A stretch of 64,000 nt of DNA from Styela clava (GCF_964204865.1 NC_135261.1:18724001-18788000); one strand, 5' to 3'; shown: positions 14,101-26,762, numbered from the stretch's first letter. The notes: generated by a model not told the origin, from the sequence alone. Made by a program: numbers and translations.

Positions 14101-17100
14101 GTTTAGTTGATTTTGTGAAGACAGATAGAGATATAATTAAGTTCAATACTTTTCTAAAATGTTTGAATCTTCGTCGCAAAATTTACACCACGCAAGTTTC
14201 TGTCATAATTCCTTATAAAAGCAATGTTAATTGCTTAATTGTTTGACACGAAATGTACAATGAATTGTTTTTCAAAGTACTTGTTCTTAACATTGGTGTC
14301 GTTGTTGAGGTTATTGTTACGAAGAAATGTTTTTTACCAAAACTAATGGGAGAATCGTATTTAAAATTTTCGGTACGACATAGCTCAGCCTCAGTTTTAC
14401 TGTGGCCGATATGAATTGCTACAAAAATGGGACTTAATTTAAAATTTTTATTCGAAACTTTTAAATGATCAAATAACAGATTCCCGTGTAGGTCGCATAA
14501 GCTAATGGAACTGCAGTTAGTCATTACACCCTAGCTTCCACATATGTGAGCTTTGCTCTCTTGTTTTATCTTTCTTCAAAAACATTTATGATTGAGCCAT
14601 CGCTATATATGATGATAGGTACAATAGTGCTGAAACACAACGCCACTGCAGTTTCCTATTTTTATATTCGAGTTTAAAAAAGATTGCTATGTTTCAAAAA
14701 TTGCACAGTGAATTTTAAACAAAACAAAAAAAAACATAATTTCAGCAAATTGTAGAGTGATGAATGATAGACAGGTCAACGTTCTTGACTCTGCAGTCTG
14801 ACATAATATTATTCGGCACTTTTCAAGTTGCCCTTTTACATTTAAGTCATTCAAATATTTGAAATAAAACAATTGTTTCCGACTACTTTATAACCTTTAC
14901 CGAACGCCCTCGAGCCATAATACTTACCATATATTTGTACCGTAAACAGATACAACGACTTTTTTGCTCTAAACCTTGGAAACACAGTACAAAATTATTT
15001 GTGATCACGAATTTACCATTCATATATGCAAGTTTTTCGTTGATATTTTTCATCAATTTTTCACAAGATAAATAGCTCTTTTGAACATTAATAATTTTGT
15101 GTTTTGCTGAATTTAAATAAAAAAACTAAGACTACATGTTACCAACTTATAAGTGAGTGAAAAAGGAAAAAAAAGCAAAGCAAGGACAAATATTTAGGTT
15201 CCTCCATTTCATTATAACGACCGAAACGCAGTAGCCTATACAAGTATTGAATAAAATTTTCTTTTGCGGTCGAGTCTCGAGGTAAACGCACCATGATCAC
15301 TTTGTCAAAAAGCATCGCACAATATAAAAACAAATAAAAAGGATATTGAATCTTCCATTCTATTTGTTTCTGAGCGAATTATCTGTTACCTTGTAGTAAT
15401 TCTCTACAGTGTCAAATGAGTCTCACATTACGAAGGAAACTTGACAAAATTGCGCTCATTCCGGAAAAATACCAGTCGACGTGTGAGCTATTTTTATTAA
15501 TGCGGCCTGAGCTCTTGCAGAAACAAAGGCTGGATTGTCAGTTTGAAAAAGTTGAAAATTTAATCGATGACGATTAAAGATCACTGAAAATATTGCGGCA
15601 TCGTAAAAACAGGTACTTAAGTGTTAAACTTAACCGCAACTGCCTTGGTGGTACAAATTGTCTTTGATAATTTCAACACTCACTTTTTTAAGCATAGCTT
15701 AGCTCCTAAACTCCGTATGGTGGCGATTATGTCTGTACACTACTCATACATCGCATTGCAACATAGCAACGCAAAGATAGTGAATATATTATGCTCTCCT
15801 TTGGTCCCTCGTTATATTGGATTTATTTTACATTGCACTGTATTCCCATTACTATATAAGCGTATATCATACAAATATACTATATATACGTTACAAGAAC
15901 GGTGAACATAAAACAAGAATGCGAGGTGTATAAAATGATATATTGAATATAAATTGCGGAATAGTTGAAAAAGTAGTTAAACTAGGCTCTGACAATGCAA
16001 TGATATCTTTATGATTATTTTGAAAACATTTATACGGGACATCAATTCAAGTTACTATTATTTTTGTTTCAGCATGATATAGTTGTCTGTGTTTTTATTT
16101 TATCTACGAGCATTGCAATAAACATCAAAAATATACCAATCAACAGCGGTCACTTTACAAGCCGATATATTTAAAACGGTTTCATTGTGTTAAACTGTTG
16201 AAACGCGTTGTTAAATTAACCGTTACTCTTTCTTTGGGACTCGGAAGACAATTTCATAAAGTTTACACTCCAAATACCATTTTAAAAATAAAGATTTATT
16301 ATTTTATCTAAAAACGTGTATTTTATGAAGCACGTTCAAATGAGAGTAGTATCCAGTTGAACCTCAAAATGTACACAGATATTAAATTTGCAACTTGCTA
16401 AAACAGAAGCAAAATAAAATGAAAGCAGACTGCATGTAATTAGGTGAAGTCTTGTTGAATATTTTTTCATTTTTTTTAATTAAACAAAAAGGGAAAGTGA
16501 AACTGTATCCAAAATATCAGCTAGGAGAACCTAACCACGCCAATCCTTTTCTCGGAGCGTCCGTGCCATAAGGACGTGAAAAATAAGGTTTGGTGAAGTA
16601 AAGAGAAATTTATAATATTCATGAAACAAGCACCCATCTGTTTTTCAATTTTGAAGCAATACTAATAAATCTTTTCATCTCTCACAGTATATTTATATAT
16701 ATATATGGAAATGTTGAGATTTTTTAAGAGCCTAGTTACTGTATTTTGAATCTCAACTTTTTATTAAAAATTCCATCATCATATGGCCTCCAAGAAGTAT
16801 TTCTCCATGGTTGTCCTGGTGAAAAATCACAAATATCAAATTAATGAAGAACTTACATGCGTGGGCTGTTATGAATTTGTGATTAAAAATATCGAATCAC
16901 AGCTATATTAAGTTTGATGTGGATTGGACGATACAGTACCGTCTTGAACGTTTTATGCAAAAAAAAAACACTTACTTATTTGTGAGCCGAATTTCATGTT
17001 GGCTCTTTCGGGCAAAAAGAGAATAATTTTACGTAACAATACATTGCTAGAAAACGATAGAAAAATGCTAGTAAAAAATAAATAAATATTCAAGTAAACC

Positions 17101-20100
17101 TAATTTTTTTTTATTTGTGTATTGAAATATTGTTCAAAAAGCCGATAAGGATATAGACGATGATCTGTCTGTCTGTCGGTCAATGATATATACATGTCGG
17201 GTATGCAAATTGTTTAGACTTTAAAAATAAATTAATATTAAATAAAAAACTAAACAAACTTCAAGGGTCAGATCGAATTCGTAACCGTATAACATCAGTT
17301 GTCATGTGTATCATGTATCATCAAGGCGGTATCCAGACTCTGCCAAAATTAAATTCATAGTTCTGAAATACTTCTTCACCAATAATCATTCATGCTCTTA
17401 AAATCCGACACAAAAATTAACAGTGAAGTTTTTGTGAGGGAGACTAGAAAAATCACTCAATTCCGTACAATTGTATTCCCTTTCGCAATAATTTGCATTA
17501 TTAGATTTTTTAATATCTCTTTGAATATATATATTTTCTTTATTTTTAGAGTCTTGGGAAATTCATTACTCGTAACGCCAAGTCAATTTTGCACAAGAAC
17601 AAGGTTTTTAAATGCAAGACAACAAGAAATTTGTAGGAATCATTCCCATATTTTAAAATACGTAAGTAGAAATTATAAGAATAATAGAATTTTCACACAA
17701 AGAAAATTTAAGTTTTAGATTCATAAAGTCAAGAAATCTGCTTGCTATTTAATTAATTTCTTTGTTTGTTATTTTTTACACGCTCCCATGTTTAGTATAG
17801 AAATTAAAAATAAATTGTAAAATTTGGGAGACTCTTTTATGTACAACATTGTACACACAATATTACATTAAATCAACTCTCTAACCACCAAACTAATCTG
17901 AAATGCTCTAATTTCAAAAGAATTGAAAGATTTAAAGTTCTGTGAAGAACGATATTCGTCGTATTTAAATATTGATTTCGGATTTCTCGTTTCATGGGCC
18001 ATGACAGTCTATAAAGATCATTATAAAAGTGTGTTGAAATTGTGCATGTTATGATTTTCATTTTCTTACTCGGCCATTCATTAATTTTGCATACCAATTT
18101 TATTGGGTCGAGGGCCATTTGGAATAAAATGAAATACTACAGATCTAAGGCAAAAATGCAATTACTTCTAAACTTCCGATAGACTTGAGTGATATATTGT
18201 TACGTGTTCTATCTAATCAAGGAAAATATTGCAGGTTGAAGAAGGAATAATTCAAGGTTCACATCGTTGTCAAAGAGAGTTCCAGTATAATAAATGGAAC
18301 TGTTCGAGATCTCCTAAAACATATTATAGTCGCTTGTTGAATCAAGGTTAGTCAGATATTTTTACCTGTAGTTACCGGCTTTTAGTAATTTGCTATCTAA
18401 ATGTACTTCGCAAAAGCCACACTCATACGAAATTTCAAGCAGATGTGCCTGGCCAAAAGGTCATGCGTTTCCATCTGTGTAATTTTATCTTCATTTTACA
18501 TCGTATGATGTTTTGATTGATAAACATTGAATTGATTTTTGTTTAAATTTGTATAGTACAAAACACACAGTGTTGTTGAGCACATTTCACTTGTTTCGTG
18601 CCTTCAAACTAGCTATAATTTCAACTACAATATATTCGATGTTTTTTATTTCTCCTATTTAGGCAGATGAAAGTTGTCTTGTAAAAATATGCGTGTGGAA
18701 TTTAGTTGTTTATTTGTCTTACTGAGATTAAGAGCTACCAATGTGTTAATCCGCCAAGTCGTTTGTTTTCTATGGCTGGATAAATGTGGGCCTTGATTAA
18801 AACAGTTTTCAAATAGGCGTAAACACTTTTAAAACACGATATTATCTATGGGTGTCTCCGGGAATAAGATTTAATAAACTAAATTCATAATATAAAAAAT
18901 TAATTTGTTTTCCTAATCGTCACGATTTGACTAAAAATATGTGTCGTCGATTTTTACTTTTAAAAATAAATTCCCCACGAAATTATTATCATTTAGAATC
19001 GATGTCTTGAGCCACCTGCTTAAATTTGATCAAATCATTTTGACATGACCTACGACCCAAATGGATAATAGATTGTCCATTTGTTGCAGATTTATAAAAA
19101 AAAATCTTAGAAGATATAATTTGAAAAATTGTTTATAATTGGACTAACTAAACTAAAATATCATTTTAGATAGTTTTTATTTTCGTTGTGAATACATTAC
19201 ATCGCGCAATTAAAAAACAATTTTATCTCAAATCTTGGAATTTACTATATAGGTATAAGTGTATGGAAACCTAATTAAGTTTATTATGTGTATTTGATGT
19301 AAAAAGTGAAAAACAACAAAATTTTGAGCATTGTTCACATTGTACATTCTATAAACATAAATAAAACCCATTAAAAGATTTCTAACAGAAATTGTGGTTA
19401 GTTATATGTCAAGTTGTTTAATGTATCGTCTCCCAGAACAAGATATTTCATATTTTTAAGACCACCTATAATGTTTGGAGTGAGATCCAATTTCGATAAA
19501 TATTTCTCAAATATAATACCATCGCAAATAAAAATATTTCTAAATACTTATCATTTTGTTGTTCCGCAGAATCGTTTATGCTATATCTTGTTTTTAGAAA
19601 CACGAGTGCAAAAAGCGAGATAAAAATATTTTTTTAAAGAAATGAAAAGCACGTAATCGTGAATTCCCTTATATAGAACATATTTTATTATTATTTTTTG
19701 TGGATTTTACCTTTTTATGTGATAGAATGTCTTTAGTTTTTTGATTCAATCGCATCTGAAATTGATGTTTATCAATTATGTAAATTTATTTTTATGGGAT
19801 TTTGGTCAGCTGGCAATAGAACCTGACCGCATCATTGTTGATGCATCATTCAAAAAGGTACAGTATAGGACACTTCTAGTTGAAGCTAACAAAATAACTA
19901 AATATTATTATGCGATTGAAATACGTTCAATTGCAGACCCACTTTATACCTGTATATTACTGAGCCAAGACCAAACTACTTAATCACAAAGTTAAGCTAG
20001 ATCACTTTTAGGTCGAACCTAAAACTTATAAAGTTGATTTATATTTCATGGAGTTTTTATTCAATGAAATGACTATCAATATTCCCAACTAATAAGATTT

Positions 20101-23100
20101 TTTTTCAAAAACTTATGACTCAAATGAAGTAAAAATATCTGTTTGCATGCCTGGATCTTCATATTTTATTTTTTAAATAAACTACTGATACCATACTTTA
20201 AAAGTCACTCTACATTAAAAAAATACCATTGAAAAAGATAGAAACCTGAAATAATTTTTGATAAAATTAACCGCATGCAGAAAACTTTTTATCATATGGC
20301 TGGTTTTATGGTTCATAAACAATAGTGACCAATGGTATTGACTATGTTAACATAATATTTTTTTGTTAGCGAGTGAAATATTTCAGACAAGAGACTATTT
20401 TCAAAACGGACAGATGGAAGATGGTCTATTGTTTGAATTTATCGCACATATTGTTCACTGATTAACACGAGATAACAATAATTGGAAATGGAAGTTGTCG
20501 ATCATTATACATTAGTAATAGTGACATAGAATAACCCCAATTATATTATTCATCAATCATTACCACACGGAAAATCCCGAGTCATAAAGTGACATAAATC
20601 ATGTTATTATGAAATGGCATTTTTATATCGCTTCGTTTGGGAAAATTCAAAACGTATTGATGAAAACTTCTTGTAAAGCTTAACAAATTAATTTCAAAGT
20701 CAGCTAATTGTTTTTGAGACAATTGCGCGCTACCTTATTCTTAATTTGTATCCAAAGTGAATAAGATGTTTGGGGATGTGTTGAGTTTTTCTATAAAATT
20801 CAGCGCATATCACACACATTGATAATAAGAAAGATCTATTTTATCGTTCAGAATTTGCCAATGATTATGTATCTATTTTATTGACTGCTAACGAGTGGTA
20901 ATAATTAAATGATCGAAAACTAATGTGTGTACGTGTACTGTAGACACGTGTATTTTTTGAAATGACATCATCAACGCATTTCAAATTTATAAGATATAAA
21001 TCACACAAAAACTAGTTTTGAGTTGAATAAGCTGGTATTTTTGTAATGTATGAAATTTTAAAGGCGCTCCAGAAGTTTGTATACCAATATAAATTTAACT
21101 AATTTTGCTCGCCTACTTTCCATTACGTTGTGTAAAGGGACTGAAACCTATGGACAGGGGGTATATTCACTTGGCTAAAACACACAGTCCCCGACTTCTA
21201 ATAGAACTAAAATAAGGAAAGCGGAATAAAATTATGGCCTAACCCTAACATGGAACACATACTACTGGAGTACCATTTTAAAAGTATACATTAAATCATG
21301 TTTCATGAATATTAGTCAATGATATATAATAGGTGTAATAAATTTATATCAATTTAAAACATCTGTGACTATTTTTGTCGAGAAAGTTTTCCAACATTCG
21401 AGACAATTCTGAAAAAAAAAACCAACTATTTAAATATAAAATAATATGTAGATTTTATCCGACATACTCAACGACGACGAATTGTAAGCACATGTATAAT
21501 ATCCTCGTAAGTGTCATTTTGACAAAACTAATATTGACGGAAGGAGGGTTTTTAAAAGACACCTCTCAATCACATGTAAATTTCTTGGTCCGCAGGTGGT
21601 AACTTTGTGACAGCGATCATTTTTGTAGCTGAACGTTTCAATAGAGCTTCACCCTGTATTGGAATCTGTTTGAAAAGATGATTAAACGATTGTAATAGAT
21701 TTTAATCTATGTCTACAAGTCATTTTATATTTATATAAAAAAAACGACAATTTATTTCTTGTTTTACTGAATTGTAGGGTGAACCTTGCAATTGAGGAAA
21801 CCATAGAAATATTTTGATTGAAAGTCACCAACCAACCTGCTAAAAGATATTCTTATTATTCTATTCTATTATTCTTTCAGGATTACACTAAATAAATAAT
21901 ACGTAACATAAACTTGATTTCTAGTGATTTTCTAAAAGCAATATAAATGTTTGCTAATGTTGAACAATGCTAAATATTGTTTTGAATCATCGTTTTGGCA
22001 AATGTTACTTTTTTTTATTCAATATCACCAAAACAATTCAAATGTTTAGTCATTTTCAAATCAGAAAATTACTATTTTTTGTTTTTTTAATAAAAATTAC
22101 TTAATAAGGTATATTTTTACATATTCATGCATAGCACAAATCAAATATGTGCGATTCTATTCAACAATATAAAGTTTAATTTTTTATTTGATGCGCTAAA
22201 GATTGTGACGGATTCGCTATTTTTTCAAAGCCATGCTCACTTTTGAGCATTTCACATAATCATTAAACTAACTTGAAAACCTAATTTAAACTGTTTCCGA
22301 AAAGTAACATCTTAGAATAATTGTCACGCCATTTTGAAAATTCTAACTTATGTTGGGCAGTTTTTTTTATTCTTTCATTCTTTTGTAAATGTTTACAAAA
22401 TGGATGCCATAACCTGGAACTTTGGAAAAACAATGAAAGCAAAGTCATGTCCCAGTAAAACCTGTTAATTATTGTAACGTGCATACTTGAAATGCAGCAA
22501 ATAAAAGATGAAATATGCGTCATGTTCACAACACAAATATTGGTGTTAGGATTTACTTTTCTACAAGTTCCTTTTGTTTCTCGTATTAATAAACCTGTAC
22601 AGTCATCTACATGGTTAATTTGCGACATCCTGTCACGCTTAATTATAATTTGAATAAATGGTATTGTCCTAAGCTGACACGTAATTTTATTTTCTGGGGT
22701 TTTATTTATGTCTAGAGATCTTTCAGATTTCGGTCTGTTTATCTATAGGAAATGTGCAATGAATTGAAAAAGATTTATGTCTTACTACACTATTTTATAA
22801 ATATGTCTGAAATATAGAACTCATTTGTCATATTTATGTCACTTCTTGTCGAGAAATTTCCTCAAAATTGTAATAAATTAAATATATATGGAGAAATTAT
22901 TTGATTTTTTAAACAACTTTGCACCTAACTTTAAATTATATAAATTTAATTTTCAAATTTTTACAGATGACTTATGACCACAACATTAGTCTAGACATCT
23001 TTCAGTTCTTACAAATTCGAATTTCTATTTTTCACGATTTTTCGTCATAATGAATGACTAACAGAATATATGACGTGTGTCGCTTGTGTGTATGTGATAT

Positions 23101-26100
23101 TTTCCTCATAAAATATAAAAAAAATTTTGATCATTTCCGAATAAATGAATAAAAATTTGAAAAGCAGCTTTTTATTTTCTTCAGTCGTGTTTGAGTTCAT
23201 CCAAAGGTTTTATTAAGACATTTCTGCTGGCAAAAGAAAAAATATTATGTTATAAATATTAATATTAACCAATATCAATTAATAATAATTTCAGTATAAA
23301 TAATTTTGAAGGAATAATATAAATTCGAAAGTTTGCAAATATTTGAAACATGTTTTTAACGTATCTTTGTAACTCAGACGTGTTTTGTATAAGCATATAT
23401 ATTTGATACGACTTATTTATCTTAAAACATTAATAGACGACAATATATGTGGTGTAAAACATTTTTTATAGTATATCGGTATCAATTTACGTAAAGATGT
23501 ATATAATTCCATAAAAGTTTGTTAGCGTTTAGGCAAGTTCGTTTCACATTTGTCATTCATGGGTTATTGAATAGTCGATTTTGATAAAAGACAAATCATC
23601 CACCATTATACGAGGAAAAAATAAATCGACCAACTCTTAAGAGATTCATACAGAATGATAGCATCGCAGTCATATAATTTTCTACCACGCTGCTCTTCAT
23701 TTTTACCGATACTGCGATTGATTATCGCATGCAACTTCAAACAGAGTTGGGTCTTCCTCACTGAGTGCTCGTGACCTGAATTTTAAATTATTGTTATTAT
23801 ACATATATTGAAAGGCTGTAAACTTGCTTCTATACTCGCTCATCCCTGATTCTTATTGGTTCAATTTTGTTTAGATATTCGAGAAACTGCATACGTTAAT
23901 GCAATGATGTCAGCGGCAGTAACTTACGCTGTGACGTACGCGTGTTCGAAGGGCGAAATTCCAGATTGCGGATGTGAAGAGAATTCGATCACAAGTTACG
24001 AATTACTCAAACAAGTAAGTTAGAATATACATCTGCTAAATTAAGGTCAAAGGCCGAACGTTTTGTTTTTCACCTGTCATGGTGGCACCCAAAATCATTC
24101 GATTGAGTATTATTTTAAAGTATACAAAATTATATCCATGTTTATAGGAAGCTATAAAGCGCAATTACAAAACTACTGAGGAAAATCTTCGAAAAGTTGC
24201 AGCAGAATTTGAATGGGGAGGTTGCGGAGATCAAATTGAATATGGAGACAGAATTTCCAGACTTTTCACAGAAAATTTTGGCAGAAAATTCCAAAGTAGT
24301 GACCTCAAAGCTAAAATTGAAATACACAATATGGAAGCTGGAAGGCTGGTACGTAGAATTATACTTTTCATTCAAACATATTGTCATAGTATACAATCGT
24401 GAATTATAATTAAGGAGCATACAATATTATTTCAATTGAAAATTGAAGTTTCAAACATTACCCTCTTTGGATGAAGTGTTTAAAGTAGAGGTTCCCAGTC
24501 TTTTATGGCCCTTATCCGACTTTCATCACTCATGCCGCCCCTGTTTAAAATTTTAATGGTATTTATAGTGTTGTTTTTATTGGTAGATTCCAAATCCCAT
24601 AACGTTCAAAATATTCATACTCAACAAAGTAAAAACACTCGGTGAAATAACCTCATCAAGCAACAAAACTAAAAAAAACGAGCAGTTTTCTTGGTAAAGG
24701 TAAACCGCGCCCAGCATTGTGACCCCCCTTAAACTGCTTTGTGTCCCTCTTGGAGGCCACGGGCCTCCGGTTGGGAACACTGATTTAAAGCATAAAATTT
24801 GATGCTATCGTATGGCATTTTTATGAACGCGAAAGATTTCGAAATACTGCATCTAAATAGGCTTTCAAATTGATAATTTCCGTTTTATTTTGACGGTTTG
24901 AAATCTATTAACACGTTCACAAAATAATATTCTGTACTTGGAATTATGATACTTGATACTCAGTTAGGTATGACAGGATCGAAACGTGATATAAATCATG
25001 GAGACCGAATAGTAATAATAATTTTATCAGACCAAAGCAATGATTATGATTAAAAATTTGGGCTCAATTACAAATTTTATATATATGTTTGTACTGGTAC
25101 GTTTTGTTGCATCTTCTATGTTTAGTAAACGTGCTACGCCAGTGAAAAAAAAGATAAAAATAGTCGGGGTATGCGAAAAATGTTACTGATCACAAGTTTA
25201 TTCATATTTTACAAATATTCAGTATCACAACAAATACTTTTTAGTGTGTATTATCAGATATATAGTAGAGATAATTTCCGTAATTTTCAAAAAAAGAGAA
25301 TTAGGAAAGAGAGTGAACATTGCAAAAAAAAATTTACGCCGATAATTAGGAGAAAAAAATGCTTCGTGTACGAGCCAAATTTGATGTCGGATCTGATGTT
25401 TGAATGGAGCAAATTCATTTTATGAATGAAAGAACATTCATTCTAGTGGTGTGGCATTGTGTAATAGATTGACCAGTTTTGAAAATAAAATGATAAAAGC
25501 CAGTCAATTTCGGGCTCAAATTCGCCTTACCATATAATAAAAGATAGCCTAGAACGCCAACATGAATATTTTTTTTTAATTTTTGCATTTCATTTCAGGC
25601 AATAACAAATCACATGAGAAGAGATTGTAGATGCCACGGAATCACAGGTACTTGTGCATTGCAAACTTGTTGGGATAGAATGCCGAAGTGGCAGGATGTT
25701 GGTAACCGATTACGAAACCATTTCGATGGTGCGGTTCGGGTACAACTGGCAAACGACGGCCGTTCTCTGCTACCAAAACGGAAACAACGAATTGCACTAA
25801 AACAGTATCCATATCCGAGAAGGCCTTATCCAGATGCGACATTGAACCGGTATAAGCGCAATTCTCCAGAAATTTATACCACTCGAACCAGCACCGGTGC
25901 AGCAAACATAGAAAGACGTGAAACAGAGAGACGAAGACGACGAAGAAAATTTAAGACTAAGGGTCTGAGACGTCGAAGAGGCGGAGATCGTGGGAGCGCA
26001 CTTGAGGATGAAAACCTAGTGTACTCTCAAGAATCGCCAGATTTTTGTAAGAGAAATCGGAAAAATGGAAGTTTGGGTACCATAGGTCGAAGATGTATAC

Positions 26101-26264
26101 CGAATTCTACAGGAGCTGGGAGTTGCGAATATTTGTGTTGCGGCAGAACTTATCAAGAACACGTTATCACAGTAACGAAGGACTGCAATTGCAGATTTGA
26201 ATATTGTTGTAAACTAGTTTGCGATAAGTGCACGTCGCAAGAAACTGTTCATACTTGTGACTGA
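7014..26264 (+). CDS. Wnt6: Wnt6-like secreted signalling protein, 6 coding exons: 7014-8158, 17550-17661, 18235-18346, 23875-24014, 24148-24348, 25599-26264 (791 aa from ATG 7014; 461 aa from the alternative ATG 8004)
   Basis: The exons join in frame through GT-AG introns (phases 2,0,1,0,0). The translation has 24 Wnt-pattern cysteines and the motifs CQREFQYNKWNCS, DIRETAYVNA, FEWGGCGD, HNMEAGRL, CRCHGITGTCALQTCW, NDGRSLLP, LVYSQESPDFC and CEYLCCGR. DIRETA, GGCGD, SRLF and NDGxxLLP match recalled vertebrate WNT6. The start codon is uncertain. Confidence 0.9.
13274..13908. mobile_element. Non-autonomous hAT (Charlie-like) element
   Basis: 15-bp TIRs CAGGGTCGTCCAACC / GGTTGGACTACCCTG and 8-bp TSD TCCTAGAT/TTCTAGAT (NTCTAGAN-type target). 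Confidence 0.85.
17550..17661 (+). CDS. Wnt6: Wnt6 exon 2 (VLGNSLLVTPSQFCTRTRFLNARQQEICRNHSHILKY)
   Basis: TTTTTAG acceptor and GTAAGT donor. Encodes the first two Wnt cysteines, similar to WNT6 AVGSPLVMDP..IC...QAELC. Confidence 0.9.
18235..18346 (+). CDS. Wnt6: Wnt6 exon 3 (VEEGIIQGSHRCQREFQYNKWNCSRSPKTYYSRLLNQ)
   Basis: TTGCAG acceptor and GTTAGT donor. Contains the Wnt CQxxF..WNCS motif. Confidence 0.92.
21063..21274. mobile_element. MITE family A, subfamily B
   Basis: Same termini and GAACTAAAATAAGGAAA..TTATGGCCTAACCCTAAC core as family A. Reverse complement of the copies at 33654 and 63567. Confidence 0.82.
23875..24014 (+). CDS. Wnt6: Wnt6 exon 4 (DIRETAYVNAMMSAAVTYAVTYACSKGEIPDCGC...)
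   Basis: TTTAG acceptor and GTAAGT donor. Contains the RETA..A...A...AVT.ACS.G...CGC Wnt motif. Confidence 0.95.
24148..24348 (+). CDS. Wnt6: Wnt6 exon 5 (...FEWGGCGDQIEYGDRISRLF...IHNMEAGRL)
   Basis: TATAG acceptor and GTACGT donor. Contains the WGGC and HNxxAGR motifs. The reading frame differs from the listed ORF 24197-24409. Confidence 0.95.
24486..24782. mobile_element. hAT (Charlie-like) MITE in Wnt6 intron 5
   Basis: TAGAGGTTCCCA / TGGGAACACTG termini and TSD GTTTAAAG/ATTTAAAG. Confidence 0.72.
25599..26264 (+). CDS. Wnt6: Wnt6 terminal exon 6 (thumb hairpin, expanded linker, cysteine-rich C-terminal domain, stop)
   Basis: TTTCAG acceptor. Matches ORF 25614-26264 and ends at TGA 26262-26264. 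Confidence 0.97.
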   Translation, partial: AITNHMRRDCRCHGITGTCALQTCWDRMPKWQDVGNRLRNHFDGAVRVQLANDGRSLLPKRKQRIALKQYPYPRRPYPDATLNRYKRNSPEIYTTRTSTGAANIERRETERRRRRRKFKTKGLRRRRGGDRGSALEDENLVYSQESPDFCKRNRKNGSLGTIGRRCIPNSTGAGSCEYLCCGRTYQEHVITVTKDCNCRFEYCCKLVCDKCTSQETVHTCD

Positions 26265-26756
26265 TATGGCACTGGTTAGCAAAAAGGACAAGAACAGAAC
26301 GAGAAAATGCGTGCATCGCATTAAACGGAACGAAGCGTCAAGCCTTTCGATAATGAAGGAAGCAGTTATCGTCTCTCTTGTAAACAAGTTGAAAGTGGAC
26401 ATCTCATCGAGTGACGATTTGGATGCGGCAAGATGGCCATTGTCTGGTTTAAGCAAACGCGGTTGAAGGATTTTATCCCTTTGACTGTTCCTTCGTGATG
26501 GAAATATGTTCTAAAGGCCTGGACGCCGTGGTAGTTTGTCAGAATCATAGAAAACTAAAATAATAGCATTGAAATTACTAATTCAAACGGTATTCAAATA
26601 TTTGGATCAATGCAATTATCAGATGGTAGTCGAATAGCTAGCTAGGTGCTGCTGCACTCCAACAATACATTTTTTTGACGACTTATAAACTTAAAGTAAA
26701 TTATTTAACATCAGCATTCGGAGAAATCTTATCTGTATCGGTGATCGACACATAAG

Positions 26757-26762
26757 AATAAA
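26757..26762 (+). other. Candidate Wnt6 polyadenylation signal AATAAA
   Basis: First AATAAA I found downstream of the stop codon. The hexamer is common in AT-rich DNA. Confidence 0.3.

Noticed and set aside
8200-17500. Nested gene or extra coding exons in the 9.4-kb Wnt6 intron 1
   Set aside because: Only short low-complexity ORFs with no recognisable domain, and exons 1 and 2 already join in phase. Small alternative exons cannot be excluded without RNA data.
24197-24409. 70-aa ORF as a separate gene
   Set aside because: It is an alternative frame over Wnt6 exon 5. The frame with WGGC and HNMEAGRL is the real one.
26262-26279. Stop-codon readthrough of Wnt6
   Set aside because: The context TGA-TAT is not the leaky TGA-CTA type, and another stop follows after four codons.
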